A stretch of DNA of 64,000 nt from a virus. The stretch is taken from the IMG/VR virus record IMGVR_UViG_3300045988_115142; one strand, given 5' to 3'. The position numbers and the translations under genes are program-made. The notes beneath the pieces are model-generated. The model searched no databases. It was not told the DNA's origin and was given only the letters and a program-made list of their open reading frames with translations. Positions 1 to 8,807 of this stretch are shown in pieces (positions within the stretch are counted from its first letter, which is position 1; each line of letters opens with the position of its first letter).

Positions 1-97
1 ATTTTTTTTTTGTAATAGTATGAATTTTCAGCGATATATTATAATAGTGAATAAGAGTATATTTCATTTATATATTAATTTAAAAGGAGAAATAAAA

Positions 98-547
98 ATG
101 AAAAACACAGTATTGAAAAACGGCATGGTAATTTCTATGGTTTCCACTAATAAGGAAGCAAAAGTAATCAAAAAATGTGAAGAACGTAAAGATCGTAGAG
201 GTATCGAATTGTTTGTATTATCCAATATCATTATGGATTATTTCAACCATTCAATCAACGAAGAGTATCTTTATAGCCATTCAGATGAAGATATGGATGG
301 TACTTTAAGAAAAAAAGTTCAAGGCGAATGTTTATCTCAGGATGTTTTTATGTACAAAAATATACCACATGATATTGTACTAATAGCTAATTCCATTCTG
401 GATGGTAAAATCAGAAAAGCTGCTATGTTGATTAAAAAATCAGGTCTACGTATCAATCTTTCTGATCTATTAGATAACAAACTTGTTACAAGATTCAACG
501 ATTGGGATATTAATATTAGTATGCTTAATGAGCGTTATGCTTATTAA
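98..547 (+). CDS. hypothetical protein (149 aa)
   Basis: The ORF track gives 20..547. The internal ATG at 98 follows AAAGGAGA by about 8 nt, so it is the likelier start. The palindromic terminator 563..588 follows. No recognisable motif. Confidence 0.6.
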   Translation: MKNTVLKNGMVISMVSTNKEAKVIKKCEERKDRRGIELFVLSNIIMDYFNHSINEEYLYSHSDEDMDGTLRKKVQGECLSQDVFMYKNIPHDIVLIANSILDGKIRKAAMLIKKSGLRINLSDLLDNKLVTRFNDWDINISMLNERYAY

Positions 548-562
548 TTAAAGGAAAGAAAG

Positions 563-588
563 TGAGGTAGCCAATATTGGCTACCTCA
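563..588. terminator. perfect 26-nt palindrome tgaggtagCCAATATTGGctacctca; bidirectional terminator between convergent genes
   Basis: Read directly from the sequence. A T-rich run (tccttcttttatttttt) follows on the plus strand, and the site lies between convergent genes 98..547(+) and 653..1423(-). Confidence 0.7.
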
Positions 589-652
589 TATCCTTCTTTT
601 ATTTTTTCTTTACTATGAAGTGAAACCCGTGGCAAGGAGTCTCAATTATATG

Positions 653-1423
653 TTAGATTGTGATAATAAGTGGTTGATTTCTATTAGCAGCAGATACATA
701 GTTATCTTCAAGCTTTTGAACAATATCATCACGCTTATTAGCCCAGTCTTGTAAAGTATCCAATGGTAATTCTGTAGTAGCATAAGAAGTACTTACGTTA
801 GTAAAGTATTTCAAGTTGTTATAAACAAATGTAGCTACATCAGAAGTTGCTAGGTTTTCAAATATTTCCATCTTAGATGGTTCTATAGTCATTAGGTTCT
901 TAGAATGTTTGACGTATAGATTAATTGGAATAGACTTAAGAGTTTCTAATTGGTTATTAGATAACTGAGAAGCTAATCTAATTTTATTAGGAGCTTCGAA
1001 TTCTGGATAGATACCAGCTTTATAAATACTAGCATGGTTAGTAAGCATTTGGTTCATCATAATATCTTCTACGTTCATTTGTGTAGTAAACATATCGAAT
1101 GTACTAAAGAACCCAGTACCGAACCCAAAGGAAGGGTACATAGTGCTTAATAATCTCCAGTCGATGTCCCCACAGCCAATAATCTTTACAGATGAGCACG
1201 TTGCTTCATCAATAAGATAGTAAGGTCCTTTACGTCTATCACCAGTTAGATAATATGTCATCTTATATGGGAAGTAACGACTGAATGTATCCAATGTTTC
1301 ATTAGATATTACTTCCTCCATCCATACATCTTTACCCATCTCATCAGGTAAGTTAAGTACACGAGTACCTAAACGACGTTCTATTTTATTCAATAGATTT
1401 GTAGTAGCATTCATCATTGGCAT
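653..1423 (-). CDS. hypothetical head-module protein (256 aa)
   Basis: Long ORF with GAGGTG RBS 8 nt upstream of the ATG. It is the last gene of the operon containing the prohead protease. No motif recognised. Confidence 0.7.
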   Translation of the reverse strand: MPMMNATTNLLNKIERRLGTRVLNLPDEMGKDVWMEEVISNETLDTFSRYFPYKMTYYLTGDRRKGPYYLIDEATCSSVKIIGCGDIDWRLLSTMYPSFGFGTGFFSTFDMFTTQMNVEDIMMNQMLTNHASIYKAGIYPEFEAPNKIRLASQLSNNQLETLKSIPINLYVKHSKNLMTIEPSKMEIFENLATSDVATFVYNNLKYFTNVSTSYATTELPLDTLQDWANKRDDIVQKLEDNYVSAANRNQPLIITI

Positions 1424-1463
1424 ATCTTTATCACCTCAATTCTATGTGGTAAATAAAATATAT

Positions 1464-1487
1464 AGAGTACCCAATATTGGGTACTCT
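1464..1487 (-). terminator. palindromic hairpin agagtacCCAATATTGGgtactct
   Basis: Perfect inverted repeat 14 nt after the stop of 1501..2349, followed by a T-rich tract on the minus strand. Confidence 0.65.
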
Positions 1488-1500
1488 AATTATATATTTT

Positions 1501-2349
1501 CTAGAAACGATCACAGAACTTATCGATCTTAGCACCAACATAATCTTCAATAGGTACAACGATAACATTGTAGTTTTCGTCTACTAATTGAAGGTTATTA
1601 CCCTTACGAGTAATATTAGTGAACTCTTGATCAAAAGCTTCACACATAGCGTTTAAGTTATAAGATTCTTTCATAATAACTTTACGCACATCGTCGTTAA
1701 TGATAGGTGAGACAGCAGATTCAACCATTAAGCTGTTACCAGACTCAACAATTTTACGTTGCATGTCTTCATTCATATTAGTCAATTTAAGATCATCCAT
1801 GAATGCAGATTCAGTTACAATGTGATCTGTATAAGCATCTGGATAAGATGGGAAGTATACACGGTCATAACAAATAATACGCAAGTTAGTAACTTGATTA
1901 CGACCACCATTGTTTTTAATGGAACCGATAGATCTTAAAGAGAAGGATGGTAATTGACCATCTTTCAAGTCTTCGTTAAAGCTACGACCTAGTTCATTAT
2001 TAGTACCACGGAATTGTGCTTTTACTAAAGGTCCTTCCATCCAGAGTTTAGTAAACCATACTTGTTCTAAAGTACCATCTACTTTTTGTTGACGAGATAG
2101 ATTCAAATCTAATGGGTGACCAGCTTCACCTTTGAAGTTACCAGTAGTAACCAATTCACGAATACGATCACTATAGATCTCACTATGCAAGTCTTCAGTA
2201 GAATAGAAACGGCGGTTACGGTTTTCTTTCTCACCAACTTGGAGAACACCTTCAGCAGTAACAAAACCGTTTCTTCCTACATTTACAGTTTCACAAGAAA
2301 CAACTTTTTCTGCAGCTTCATTAATGACAAACACTACAGGTTTCTTCAT
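1501..2349 (-). CDS. prohead (core) serine protease, T4 gp21-like
   Basis: Motifs NRNRRFY ... GEAGHP ... SLRSIGS match, in order and spacing, my recollection of T4 gp21 (NRNKRLY ... GELNHP ... SSRGLGS). Size is 282 aa and acidic scaffold-like genes lie next to it. Confidence 0.75.
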   Translation of the reverse strand: MKKPVVFVINEAAEKVVSCETVNVGRNGFVTAEGVLQVGEKENRNRRFYSTEDLHSEIYSDRIRELVTTGNFKGEAGHPLDLNLSRQQKVDGTLEQVWFTKLWMEGPLVKAQFRGTNNELGRSFNEDLKDGQLPSFSLRSIGSIKNNGGRNQVTNLRIICYDRVYFPSYPDAYTDHIVTESAFMDDLKLTNMNEDMQRKIVESGNSLMVESAVSPIINDDVRKVIMKESYNLNAMCEAFDQEFTNITRKGNNLQLVDENYNVIVVPIEDYVGAKIDKFCDRF

Positions 2350-2368
2350 TATCTAGCCTCTGAAATAA

Positions 2369-2836
2369 TTATTTACGAGTAAATTTCTTTTTAGATTCAT
2401 CGATAACTTTAACAGAGTCTTCCTTTTTGGTTTCTTCTTCTACTAAGTCTTTAACTTCAGTAACTACTGGAGTTTCTTTTGGAGCTGTTTCTTTTTTACT
2501 TTCTACAATCTTTTGGATAGTAGATTTAGATTCAGCTTCTACTGCAGAGTTATCTCCATTAGGACCTACAGAGTAGATTTTGAACTTAGGAAGTTCTTCT
2601 TTATCATCGTCATCGAGAATAGAAACATCGTCATCCCCATCAAGGTCTTTATCATAGTTATCAAAGCCCAATTGGACTACTGTACCATCATCAAGAACTT
2701 CTCGAACTAGGATGCGTTGTTGTAAGCATTTGCGGATAGTATCAGTATCTAATTCAATACCGTTAGCTGGTCCGCTGAAATTAATACCATCGATATATGC
2801 AGGTTGAGCTGCATATACATTTACTGTTTTAATCAT
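2369..2836 (-). CDS. hypothetical protein, acidic/Lys-rich C-terminal half (155 aa)
   Basis: AGGAGG RBS. Located between the scaffold-like gene and the protease, so possibly a prohead core component. Confidence 0.7.
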   Translation of the reverse strand: MIKTVNVYAAQPAYIDGINFSGPANGIELDTDTIRKCLQQRILVREVLDDGTVVQLGFDNYDKDLDGDDDVSILDDDDKEELPKFKIYSVGPNGDNSAVEAESKSTIQKIVESKKETAPKETPVVTEVKDLVEEETKKEDSVKVIDESKKKFTRK

Positions 2837-2862
2837 AGTATAATCCTCCTAAAGAAATATTA

Positions 2863-4665
2863 CTATTTACCGATTTCCATATCTTCGATAGAAGGGTCTA
2901 AGTCATAATCCCAGAAGGAATCTTTGAAGATATTATCAGGAACAGTGTCTTCTTTTTTGAAGCTGTCGTCAAAGTTCTTTTCATCAGCACCTACTTGAGG
3001 ACCTTTGTAACCGAATTCAACATCGTCAGCATTGATACCAGCACCATCGAAAGTATTCATAGTATCAACTTTATTTAAGTCCATTTCTTGACAAACTTCT
3101 TGAGCTTGTTCAACGAAATTCAATTTCATGGATTCGTCCATCTTGAAAACTCCTTTATCATCATCGTCATCGTCGTGATCTTCATCATGATCAGAATCGT
3201 CATCATCGTCGTCAGAGTCTTCATGATCATCGTCATCTTCATGATCGTCATTATCATCAGAATCGTCATCAGAGTCTTCATGATCATCGTCATCGTCGTG
3301 ATCTTCATCATCACGGTCATCTTCATGATCATCATCGTCATCATCAGAATCGATAGTGATACGTTCTTCTAATTCATCATCAGAATCATCGTCATCATGG
3401 TAAGCTTTACGATCTCCTTCGAATGTAGGAGCATCATCAACTTCCATATCAATAGCATTGTCGTCACGATCTACAAGATCTTCATCTTCCTCTTGTTTAG
3501 GAGTACCAGGAACAGGAGGTTTTTGATTAGTTTCACCAGCTTGAGCTTTATCTGTTTGACCAGCTTGAGGTTTGGAGCCTACTTCTTTACCAGATTGAGT
3601 TGGTTGAGGAGTAGATTCTTCATCAAAACTAAAGATAGCATCAATATCATCTTCAGATTCGTTGAAGTTAATACCAGTATCGAAAGTCAAAGCAGCGTTT
3701 GCCATATCCAATTCGGATTCTTCAGATTCAAAGAAGTATTTACGAGGTTCTAAGTACCAAGAAATAATAAGACCTTGGCGTTTCTTAATACGTTCTTTTA
3801 AATCTTTTAATTCAGAAGAATAAATACGACAACCGTATTTCAAAGCTTCATCTTTCAATTTATCGCCAACCACTTTAGCAAATGAACTGAAATCTTCGTA
3901 GTCTTTATCTTTAAGATATAGACCAACACCAGGTGCATATCCTACACCGAGACCCTTTTTACGATCATCAGCTCTACGTTTAGCCATGAATGGGTTGTAT
4001 TGTAATTGACAAATTTTAACAGATTTGCCATTTTTGATGAATTTTTGTTCATCTTCTTTAGTAAGCTTTTCAATAACTTCGCCTCTGTCGCGACCGAATA
4101 CGCCACGAACAGTGCTAACTACTTTAGAGCCCAACGCTTTAAGAGCTTTAGCACGAGATTTTTCATCGGCTGGTTTCTTAATACCAAGTTTTTCAGCAAT
4201 GGATTCATTGAAGGATTCATCATCACCGGCAATACATACCAATTCTTCTTCATCAAAAGAATCTTGGTCTTCGTCGAAATCGATATCCAACGCTTCCATT
4301 ACAGGAATGCCATTAAGGATAGCTTCTACTTCTTCACGAGCAAGAATACCATCTCTAATTGCATCGTCAGCATATTCTTCGATTTCTTTATCAGCTTTTT
4401 CAGCTTCTTCATCAACTTCGTCGGAAATAGAAATTTTACCAGAAGCGATGTCATCTACATCGTTGTCAGTAATCAAACCAGCACCGATAGCAGTATTTAC
4501 AATTTCGTTAATTTCATCATCATTAGCGATATCTACAGGATCAACTACGTCTAAAGAAGCAGCCGCTTCTACTACGGAGTCGAATTCCAATTCTTGATCA
4601 ATGATATGATCAATAGTAGGTTCTACACTTTCGATGATGGATTCAATATCATCAGAAATTCGCAT
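2863..4665 (-). CDS. highly acidic scaffold-like or internal head protein with an Asp/His-rich tract (600 aa)
   Basis: AGGAGG RBS. The whole protein is D/E-rich, with an ~80-aa tract that is almost only D, H, E and S (nt ~3158..3398). It lies upstream of the gp21-like protease, as gp22 does in T4. Confidence 0.7.
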   Translation of the reverse strand: MRISDDIESIIESVEPTIDHIIDQELEFDSVVEAAASLDVVDPVDIANDDEINEIVNTAIGAGLITDNDVDDIASGKISISDEVDEEAEKADKEIEEYADDAIRDGILAREEVEAILNGIPVMEALDIDFDEDQDSFDEEELVCIAGDDESFNESIAEKLGIKKPADEKSRAKALKALGSKVVSTVRGVFGRDRGEVIEKLTKEDEQKFIKNGKSVKICQLQYNPFMAKRRADDRKKGLGVGYAPGVGLYLKDKDYEDFSSFAKVVGDKLKDEALKYGCRIYSSELKDLKERIKKRQGLIISWYLEPRKYFFESEESELDMANAALTFDTGINFNESEDDIDAIFSFDEESTPQPTQSGKEVGSKPQAGQTDKAQAGETNQKPPVPGTPKQEEDEDLVDRDDNAIDMEVDDAPTFEGDRKAYHDDDDSDDELEERITIDSDDDDDDHEDDRDDEDHDDDDDHEDSDDDSDDNDDHEDDDDHEDSDDDDDDSDHDEDHDDDDDDKGVFKMDESMKLNFVEQAQEVCQEMDLNKVDTMNTFDGAGINADDVEFGYKGPQVGADEKNFDDSFKKEDTVPDNIFKDSFWDYDLDPSIEDMEIGK

Positions 4666-4713
4666 ATATCGAATACCTCCTTTAAATTATAAGGATGTCC
4701 AGAATGGTAGAAA

Positions 4714-4740
4714 AGTATTGGTACTATAAGCACCAATACT
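4714..4740 (-). terminator. hairpin agtattggt-N9-accaatact
   Basis: 9-bp stem about 18 nt after the stop of 4758..5222. Confidence 0.45.
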
Positions 4741-4757
4741 ATCTCCAATCTATTTGT

Positions 4758-5222
4758 TTACTGTTTTGGAATGCCAGAATCTTCTTTTAAAGGTTTCTTT
4801 AATTTCTTTTTACCAGTATCAGTAGGTTCTTCTTCTACTACAGGTTGTTCTTTATTGTCTTTTAAAGCAGATAAATCACCAGAGGCAATATCTCTACCAG
4901 TCTTAACAATATTAGAACCCTTTTCAATAACATCTGGAATACCATCTCCATCTAAGTCGATGAATAAACCAGCAATGAATGTTACTGCAGCGATAGCAGA
5001 AGAACCAATACAAATAGCAATGAAATTAGAGAGTGCAGATAAATCTGGAGTTCCATGTTTCAAAGAAATATACCACCAAGCTCCATACCAAGTAAGGATC
5101 AATACTAATAGTAAACCGATATAGAAGCAAGATATAAGAATAAGAGGTTTCTTAAGATTCTTAATCTTTTCTAAAATACCAGGTAAACCATTCTTAAAGA
5201 ACCCATTAAACTTTTCTAGCAT
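4758..5222 (-). CDS. membrane protein with 2 predicted TM helices, a DLDGDGIPD motif and a charged C-terminus (154 aa)
   Basis: Hydrophobic stretches PLILISCFYIGLLLVLILTWYGAWWYI and FIAICIGSSAIAAVTFIAGLFI. AGGAGA RBS. The architecture is holin-like but unproven. Confidence 0.7.
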   Translation of the reverse strand: MLEKFNGFFKNGLPGILEKIKNLKKPLILISCFYIGLLLVLILTWYGAWWYISLKHGTPDLSALSNFIAICIGSSAIAAVTFIAGLFIDLDGDGIPDVIEKGSNIVKTGRDIASGDLSALKDNKEQPVVEEEPTDTGKKKLKKPLKEDSGIPKQ

Positions 5223-5245
5223 GTGAAATATCTCCTAGAATAAAA

Positions 5246-6106
5246 TTAAAGCATACGGTAAGCACCGGATGCAAGAGCAAAAGCTACACCACCAAGTTTA
5301 TTTGCTGGGTTAGCAGCTGCTTCAGCTTTAGCTGCTTCTTTAGTAGTTTCTTCTACTTTAGCTTTAGCTTCTACCAATGCTTTAGCAGCAGCGGCTTTAT
5401 CTGCTTCAGATGTATGTTCATCTTTAGCAAGTTCTTCCACTTTAGCTTGAGCTTTTTCCAAGTCAGTTTTAGCAGTTTCCACTTTAGCTTTAGCTTCTTC
5501 AGCTTTCGCTTTCAATGCAGCTTCATCAGCAGAAGGTTTAGCTTCATGTTTTTCTTCATGAGTACCTTCTTCAGCATGAGCTGCATGATCTTCGAGATGA
5601 TCAGCTGGGCCTGGAGTTTCAGTGTGTGTTTCACCACCAGCTGGAGTACCTTCGTGTGTTTCTGTTGTACCGTGACCCTCTTCACTACCAGGTGTTGGAG
5701 AAACAGGTTTAGTTTCAGTACCACCAGTAGAAGGAGCAGGTTTATGACCTTCATCTTCTTTAGGTTTAGTTGGTGTAGTTTCAGAACCACCAGTAGTAGG
5801 ACTTTCAACTGCACCATCACCAGGTACTACTGGACTTGGTGTTACTTCACCATCTTCATGAGTACCTTCAGCAGCTTTTAGTTTTTCTTTCAAGTCATCA
5901 ACTTTAGCTTTAGCTTTAGTTAATTCATCAATAGCTTTAGCTTTGTCTTCTTCAGATGGAGATTCACCAAGGGCTGCAATTTTATCATTAGCAGCAACTA
6001 ATGCTTTTTCAGCCTCTTTTAATTCAGCTTTTAGTTTTTCTTTTAAGTTATCCAAGATAGGATTAGTTTCTTCACTAGAATGAAGAACTGTAGTTTCTGT
6101 AGGCAT
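5246..6106 (-). CDS. Ala/Lys/Glu-rich coiled-coil protein with a central T/P/G/H/E low-complexity region and a hydrophobic C-terminal tail (286 aa)
   Basis: GGAGG RBS. Repeated KAKAKV..(E/D) heptad-like segments and C-terminal LGGVAFALASGAYRML. Confidence 0.65.
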   Translation of the reverse strand: MPTETTVLHSSEETNPILDNLKEKLKAELKEAEKALVAANDKIAALGESPSEEDKAKAIDELTKAKAKVDDLKEKLKAAEGTHEDGEVTPSPVVPGDGAVESPTTGGSETTPTKPKEDEGHKPAPSTGGTETKPVSPTPGSEEGHGTTETHEGTPAGGETHTETPGPADHLEDHAAHAEEGTHEEKHEAKPSADEAALKAKAEEAKAKVETAKTDLEKAQAKVEELAKDEHTSEADKAAAAKALVEAKAKVEETTKEAAKAEAAANPANKLGGVAFALASGAYRML

Positions 6107-6125
6107 TGTTTACCTCCATTTAAAA

Positions 6126-6317
6126 TTACAATAATTTAGAATATTCTCTGTGTAGACCACTAGGGAATAATTCATCCATGATTTCAGAAGAGCCTGGAGT
6201 TTCCATCAATACATCAAGAGGAGAATAACTTACAGATTCTGCAGCCTCTTGGATAGTATCACAGTTATCCATCTCATCTAGAGAATCTTCTAAAATAGCA
6301 GAAAGAATATCTTTCAT
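6126..6317 (-). CDS. small acidic hypothetical protein (63 aa)
   Basis: AAAGGGGA RBS and tight packing between neighbouring genes. Confidence 0.55.
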   Translation of the reverse strand: MKDILSAILEDSLDEMDNCDTIQEAAESVSYSPLDVLMETPGSSEIMDELFPSGLHREYSKLL

Positions 6318-6369
6318 TTTAAAGGTTCCCCTTTCATTAAATAATTATTCAAATGTTTTCCTAGTTCTT

Positions 6370-7914
6370 CTAGTTTCCAAATACATTAACGCCCTTGGTA
6401 GCAGCACCGACAACATTATTGATGCGGTTCTTAGCTACAGTAGCAGAATTTTGGACAGTATTTGCACGCAAAGAAGTAGTACCATTTGCATTCGAAGAAC
6501 CATTAACTGCCGCTGCTTCAGCTTCTTGAGCAGAAATCATAGCGGCCAAATTACTTAAAGTGTATCTAACTATATAGATTAAAATAGGGATAGTGTAGTA
6601 TAGCTCTTTACAAGGATTGAAGCAAATATACCGTATAGATTCTATCATCTCTGGTGTAATAATCCCACCATTGAGATAAGTATGAATGAGTTTATAGTAA
6701 GCATTTTCTTTATCAAGATTATTGATAATCTTCATACAATCACATTCACACTTATTAGGATCTTTATTACCTTCTAATGGATTCATACCAGGAATAAGAT
6801 TCATTAAATCTGTATCGAAGTAATCTAATGGTTCTAAGTAAGGACCACCCATATAGTAACCATCATCATCACGTACAGTTACTTGATAATATGGTTCAAT
6901 ACGTTGGGATAATAAAGACATAGGATCTTGTACTAATATACCATAAGCTTTAGTGAAGCAAAGCTTAGCCTTAGGATCTTCAAACTTACGGAATATTGTA
7001 TGCTCATAGTCCATATTCATATAAAGAGGTTCTACTGCTGGTTGTTGTACGTTAATATACCGATACCCATTGTAATTTAGCAACTTATTTCGAATTGCAA
7101 AATTTATCAAGTACGGATCGTAGAAAAACGTACCATACATACCGTATTTAAACACAAATGTTTGAGTAGACTCTTGGAAGAACATCTCGTAGTAGAACTT
7201 TTGTAGCATACCAATAAGCTCAGAATATTGATTTGATAGATTATATAAAGTAGAATCTACTACAACATTCGGATTCATACCAGTAGCATCATCAATACCA
7301 CCAGAGGAACCAGTAGCACCAAGACCTACAGCATCTGCATTATACATATATTCTCGAATAACTTGAGGCATAATATTATCGCCAATAGTTTCGAGTTTAT
7401 ATTCAATTTTGTAGTAATTATTACCGTTTGGTAATGTATCTATATTTACCTTCACCACTCTGAACCACAATGTTTTCTTAGTCATTAAGTGGTCAATGGT
7501 AAAGAACGATTCTTGATAAGGAATAAAAGTATTCGGAGGGAGAACAGCTTCGCCTTCAATAGGGTCAGCCTCTGTTCCGAATTCACCAACATCGATATTT
7601 AATTCGATTTTACCCATACCATATAGAACAACACCATTGATTTTATCAAATCTTAAGCCAGAGGCATCACCAATCGTATTATATGTATTTTCCAACCGTT
7701 CATCTAATGTAGTAAACTGTTTGTTTATATTATAGAACGTAACAGTTGTCATAGACTGATCAGTAAAGAAAGTATAAGGATTATCGGTAACCCTATTAAT
7801 CATAGAATTAGTAGTGTTACCGATAATAGATTGGCGTAGAGATGTATTGGTATTATTCCGAATTACGTTGTTAGTTACCAAACTACTAGTAGAAGTATTC
7901 TTGAATTCGCCCAT
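6370..7914 (-). CDS. hypothetical virion protein (514 aa)
   Basis: GGAGGAG RBS and a long ORF in the structural block. I could not match it to portal, capsid or terminase motifs. Confidence 0.75.
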   Translation of the reverse strand: MGEFKNTSTSSLVTNNVIRNNTNTSLRQSIIGNTTNSMINRVTDNPYTFFTDQSMTTVTFYNINKQFTTLDERLENTYNTIGDASGLRFDKINGVVLYGMGKIELNIDVGEFGTEADPIEGEAVLPPNTFIPYQESFFTIDHLMTKKTLWFRVVKVNIDTLPNGNNYYKIEYKLETIGDNIMPQVIREYMYNADAVGLGATGSSGGIDDATGMNPNVVVDSTLYNLSNQYSELIGMLQKFYYEMFFQESTQTFVFKYGMYGTFFYDPYLINFAIRNKLLNYNGYRYINVQQPAVEPLYMNMDYEHTIFRKFEDPKAKLCFTKAYGILVQDPMSLLSQRIEPYYQVTVRDDDGYYMGGPYLEPLDYFDTDLMNLIPGMNPLEGNKDPNKCECDCMKIINNLDKENAYYKLIHTYLNGGIITPEMIESIRYICFNPCKELYYTIPILIYIVRYTLSNLAAMISAQEAEAAAVNGSSNANGTTSLRANTVQNSATVAKNRINNVVGAATKGVNVFGN

Positions 7915-7936
7915 TTATCTCTCCTCCAAATAAAAA

Positions 7937-8551
7937 TTAAAGACGAGCTAATGCATCATTACATTCGCTTTGGAAGCGATTTAATAATGCTTGGCGAGAC
8001 GGACCAGAATTCCATTCATAAGAACTACATACGTCTAAGTAAATAGCACGGATCATTCGTTCATCAAAAGATTCTGCATCTACATAAGACAAGTAAGGAT
8101 AACCTACAGCTTGTACAGCATCTTCGAACATTTCAACGATCAAACCAGGACCATATTGTACAGCACGGGACCAAACAACGTCCTTCATAACTTCAGAATG
8201 GTTTTCGATATGGAAACCATTAGCAGCAAGATCTTCTACAGCTGGATCGTAATGGGAATATTTGATAAAGTCGTGTTGAGATTTAGCAAAGTCATCCAAA
8301 TTACCATTAGCTGGGTCAGCCAACCAAGACCAAGCACCATCGAATTCAGCAGAACCGATTTCATATTGATCTAAGTTAGCAACAAACCAATAACCTTCTT
8401 TACGAAGCCAATTGATATATCGTTGAACCGTACCAGGATTGGAAGCTAATTGATAAGCACCATAACTTTTCCCGCCGTAGTCATCTACACCGCTGGAAAT
8501 AGCACCCCAGTCGCCGTTACTTTCGTATACAGAGGATAATTCACCTAGCAT
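7937..8551 (-). CDS. lysozyme-like / lytic-transglycosylase-like peptidoglycan hydrolase (candidate endolysin or virion lysin, 204 aa)
   Basis: N-terminal YESNGDWGAISSGVDDYGGKSYGAYQL resembles the E-S ... G-x-x-Q signature of SLT/lysozyme-like folds. The family assignment comes from the motif only. Confidence 0.5.
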   Translation of the reverse strand: MLGELSSVYESNGDWGAISSGVDDYGGKSYGAYQLASNPGTVQRYINWLRKEGYWFVANLDQYEIGSAEFDGAWSWLADPANGNLDDFAKSQHDFIKYSHYDPAVEDLAANGFHIENHSEVMKDVVWSRAVQYGPGLIVEMFEDAVQAVGYPYLSYVDAESFDERMIRAIYLDVCSSYEWNSGPSRQALLNRFQSECNDALARL

Positions 8552-8762
8552 ATATTTTTCACATCCTTTCGTGAGTAATACAATAAGAATTCAACCTATA
8601 ATAAGGTTTATTGATATGTTTTTAAAACAGCTTTCTGCTTGGCTGGAGAATCAAACATAATTATAATGTTAGAGGTATAGATAATGCTCCTAATTTTATA
8701 TCTTTAACATTGTTTGCTGTTGTTTTCACATAGAAAATCCTACCTAAGAAAAACGGACTAAA

Positions 8763-8786
8763 CCCGTACCCAATATTGGGTACGGG
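8763..8786 (-). terminator. palindromic hairpin cccgtacCCAATATTGGgtacggg
   Basis: Perfect inverted repeat 22 nt after the stop of 8808..9449, with a T-rich tract downstream on the minus strand. Confidence 0.65.
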
Positions 8787-8807
8787 ACAGTCTGTCGCAA
8801 AATTTAC

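Noticed and set aside
20-97. The N-terminal 26-codon extension of the first ORF; similar extensions at 24257..24313, 24569..24604, 36640..36648 and 42655..42690.
   Set aside because: In each case a downstream in-frame ATG has a properly spaced Shine-Dalgarno sequence. The longer version would overlap a terminator hairpin, the upstream gene or the RBS itself.
3088-3372. ORFs 3088..3372(+) and 3126..3344(-) encoding Ile/Val/Met-rich or 'MMTMMIMK' peptides.
   Set aside because: These are alternative frames of the GAT/GAC/CAT-rich Asp/His tract. They are open only because of the low-complexity composition, and no start signals are present.
4006-4597. Two long plus-strand ORFs (182 and 190 aa) opposite the acidic 600-aa gene; also 3397..3753, 4771..5124, 5414..5881 and 5512..5820.
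   Set aside because: They are antisense or off-frame to genes with strong RBSs and coherent codon usage. Their composition (Phe/Ser/Ile runs) is typical of shadow ORFs.
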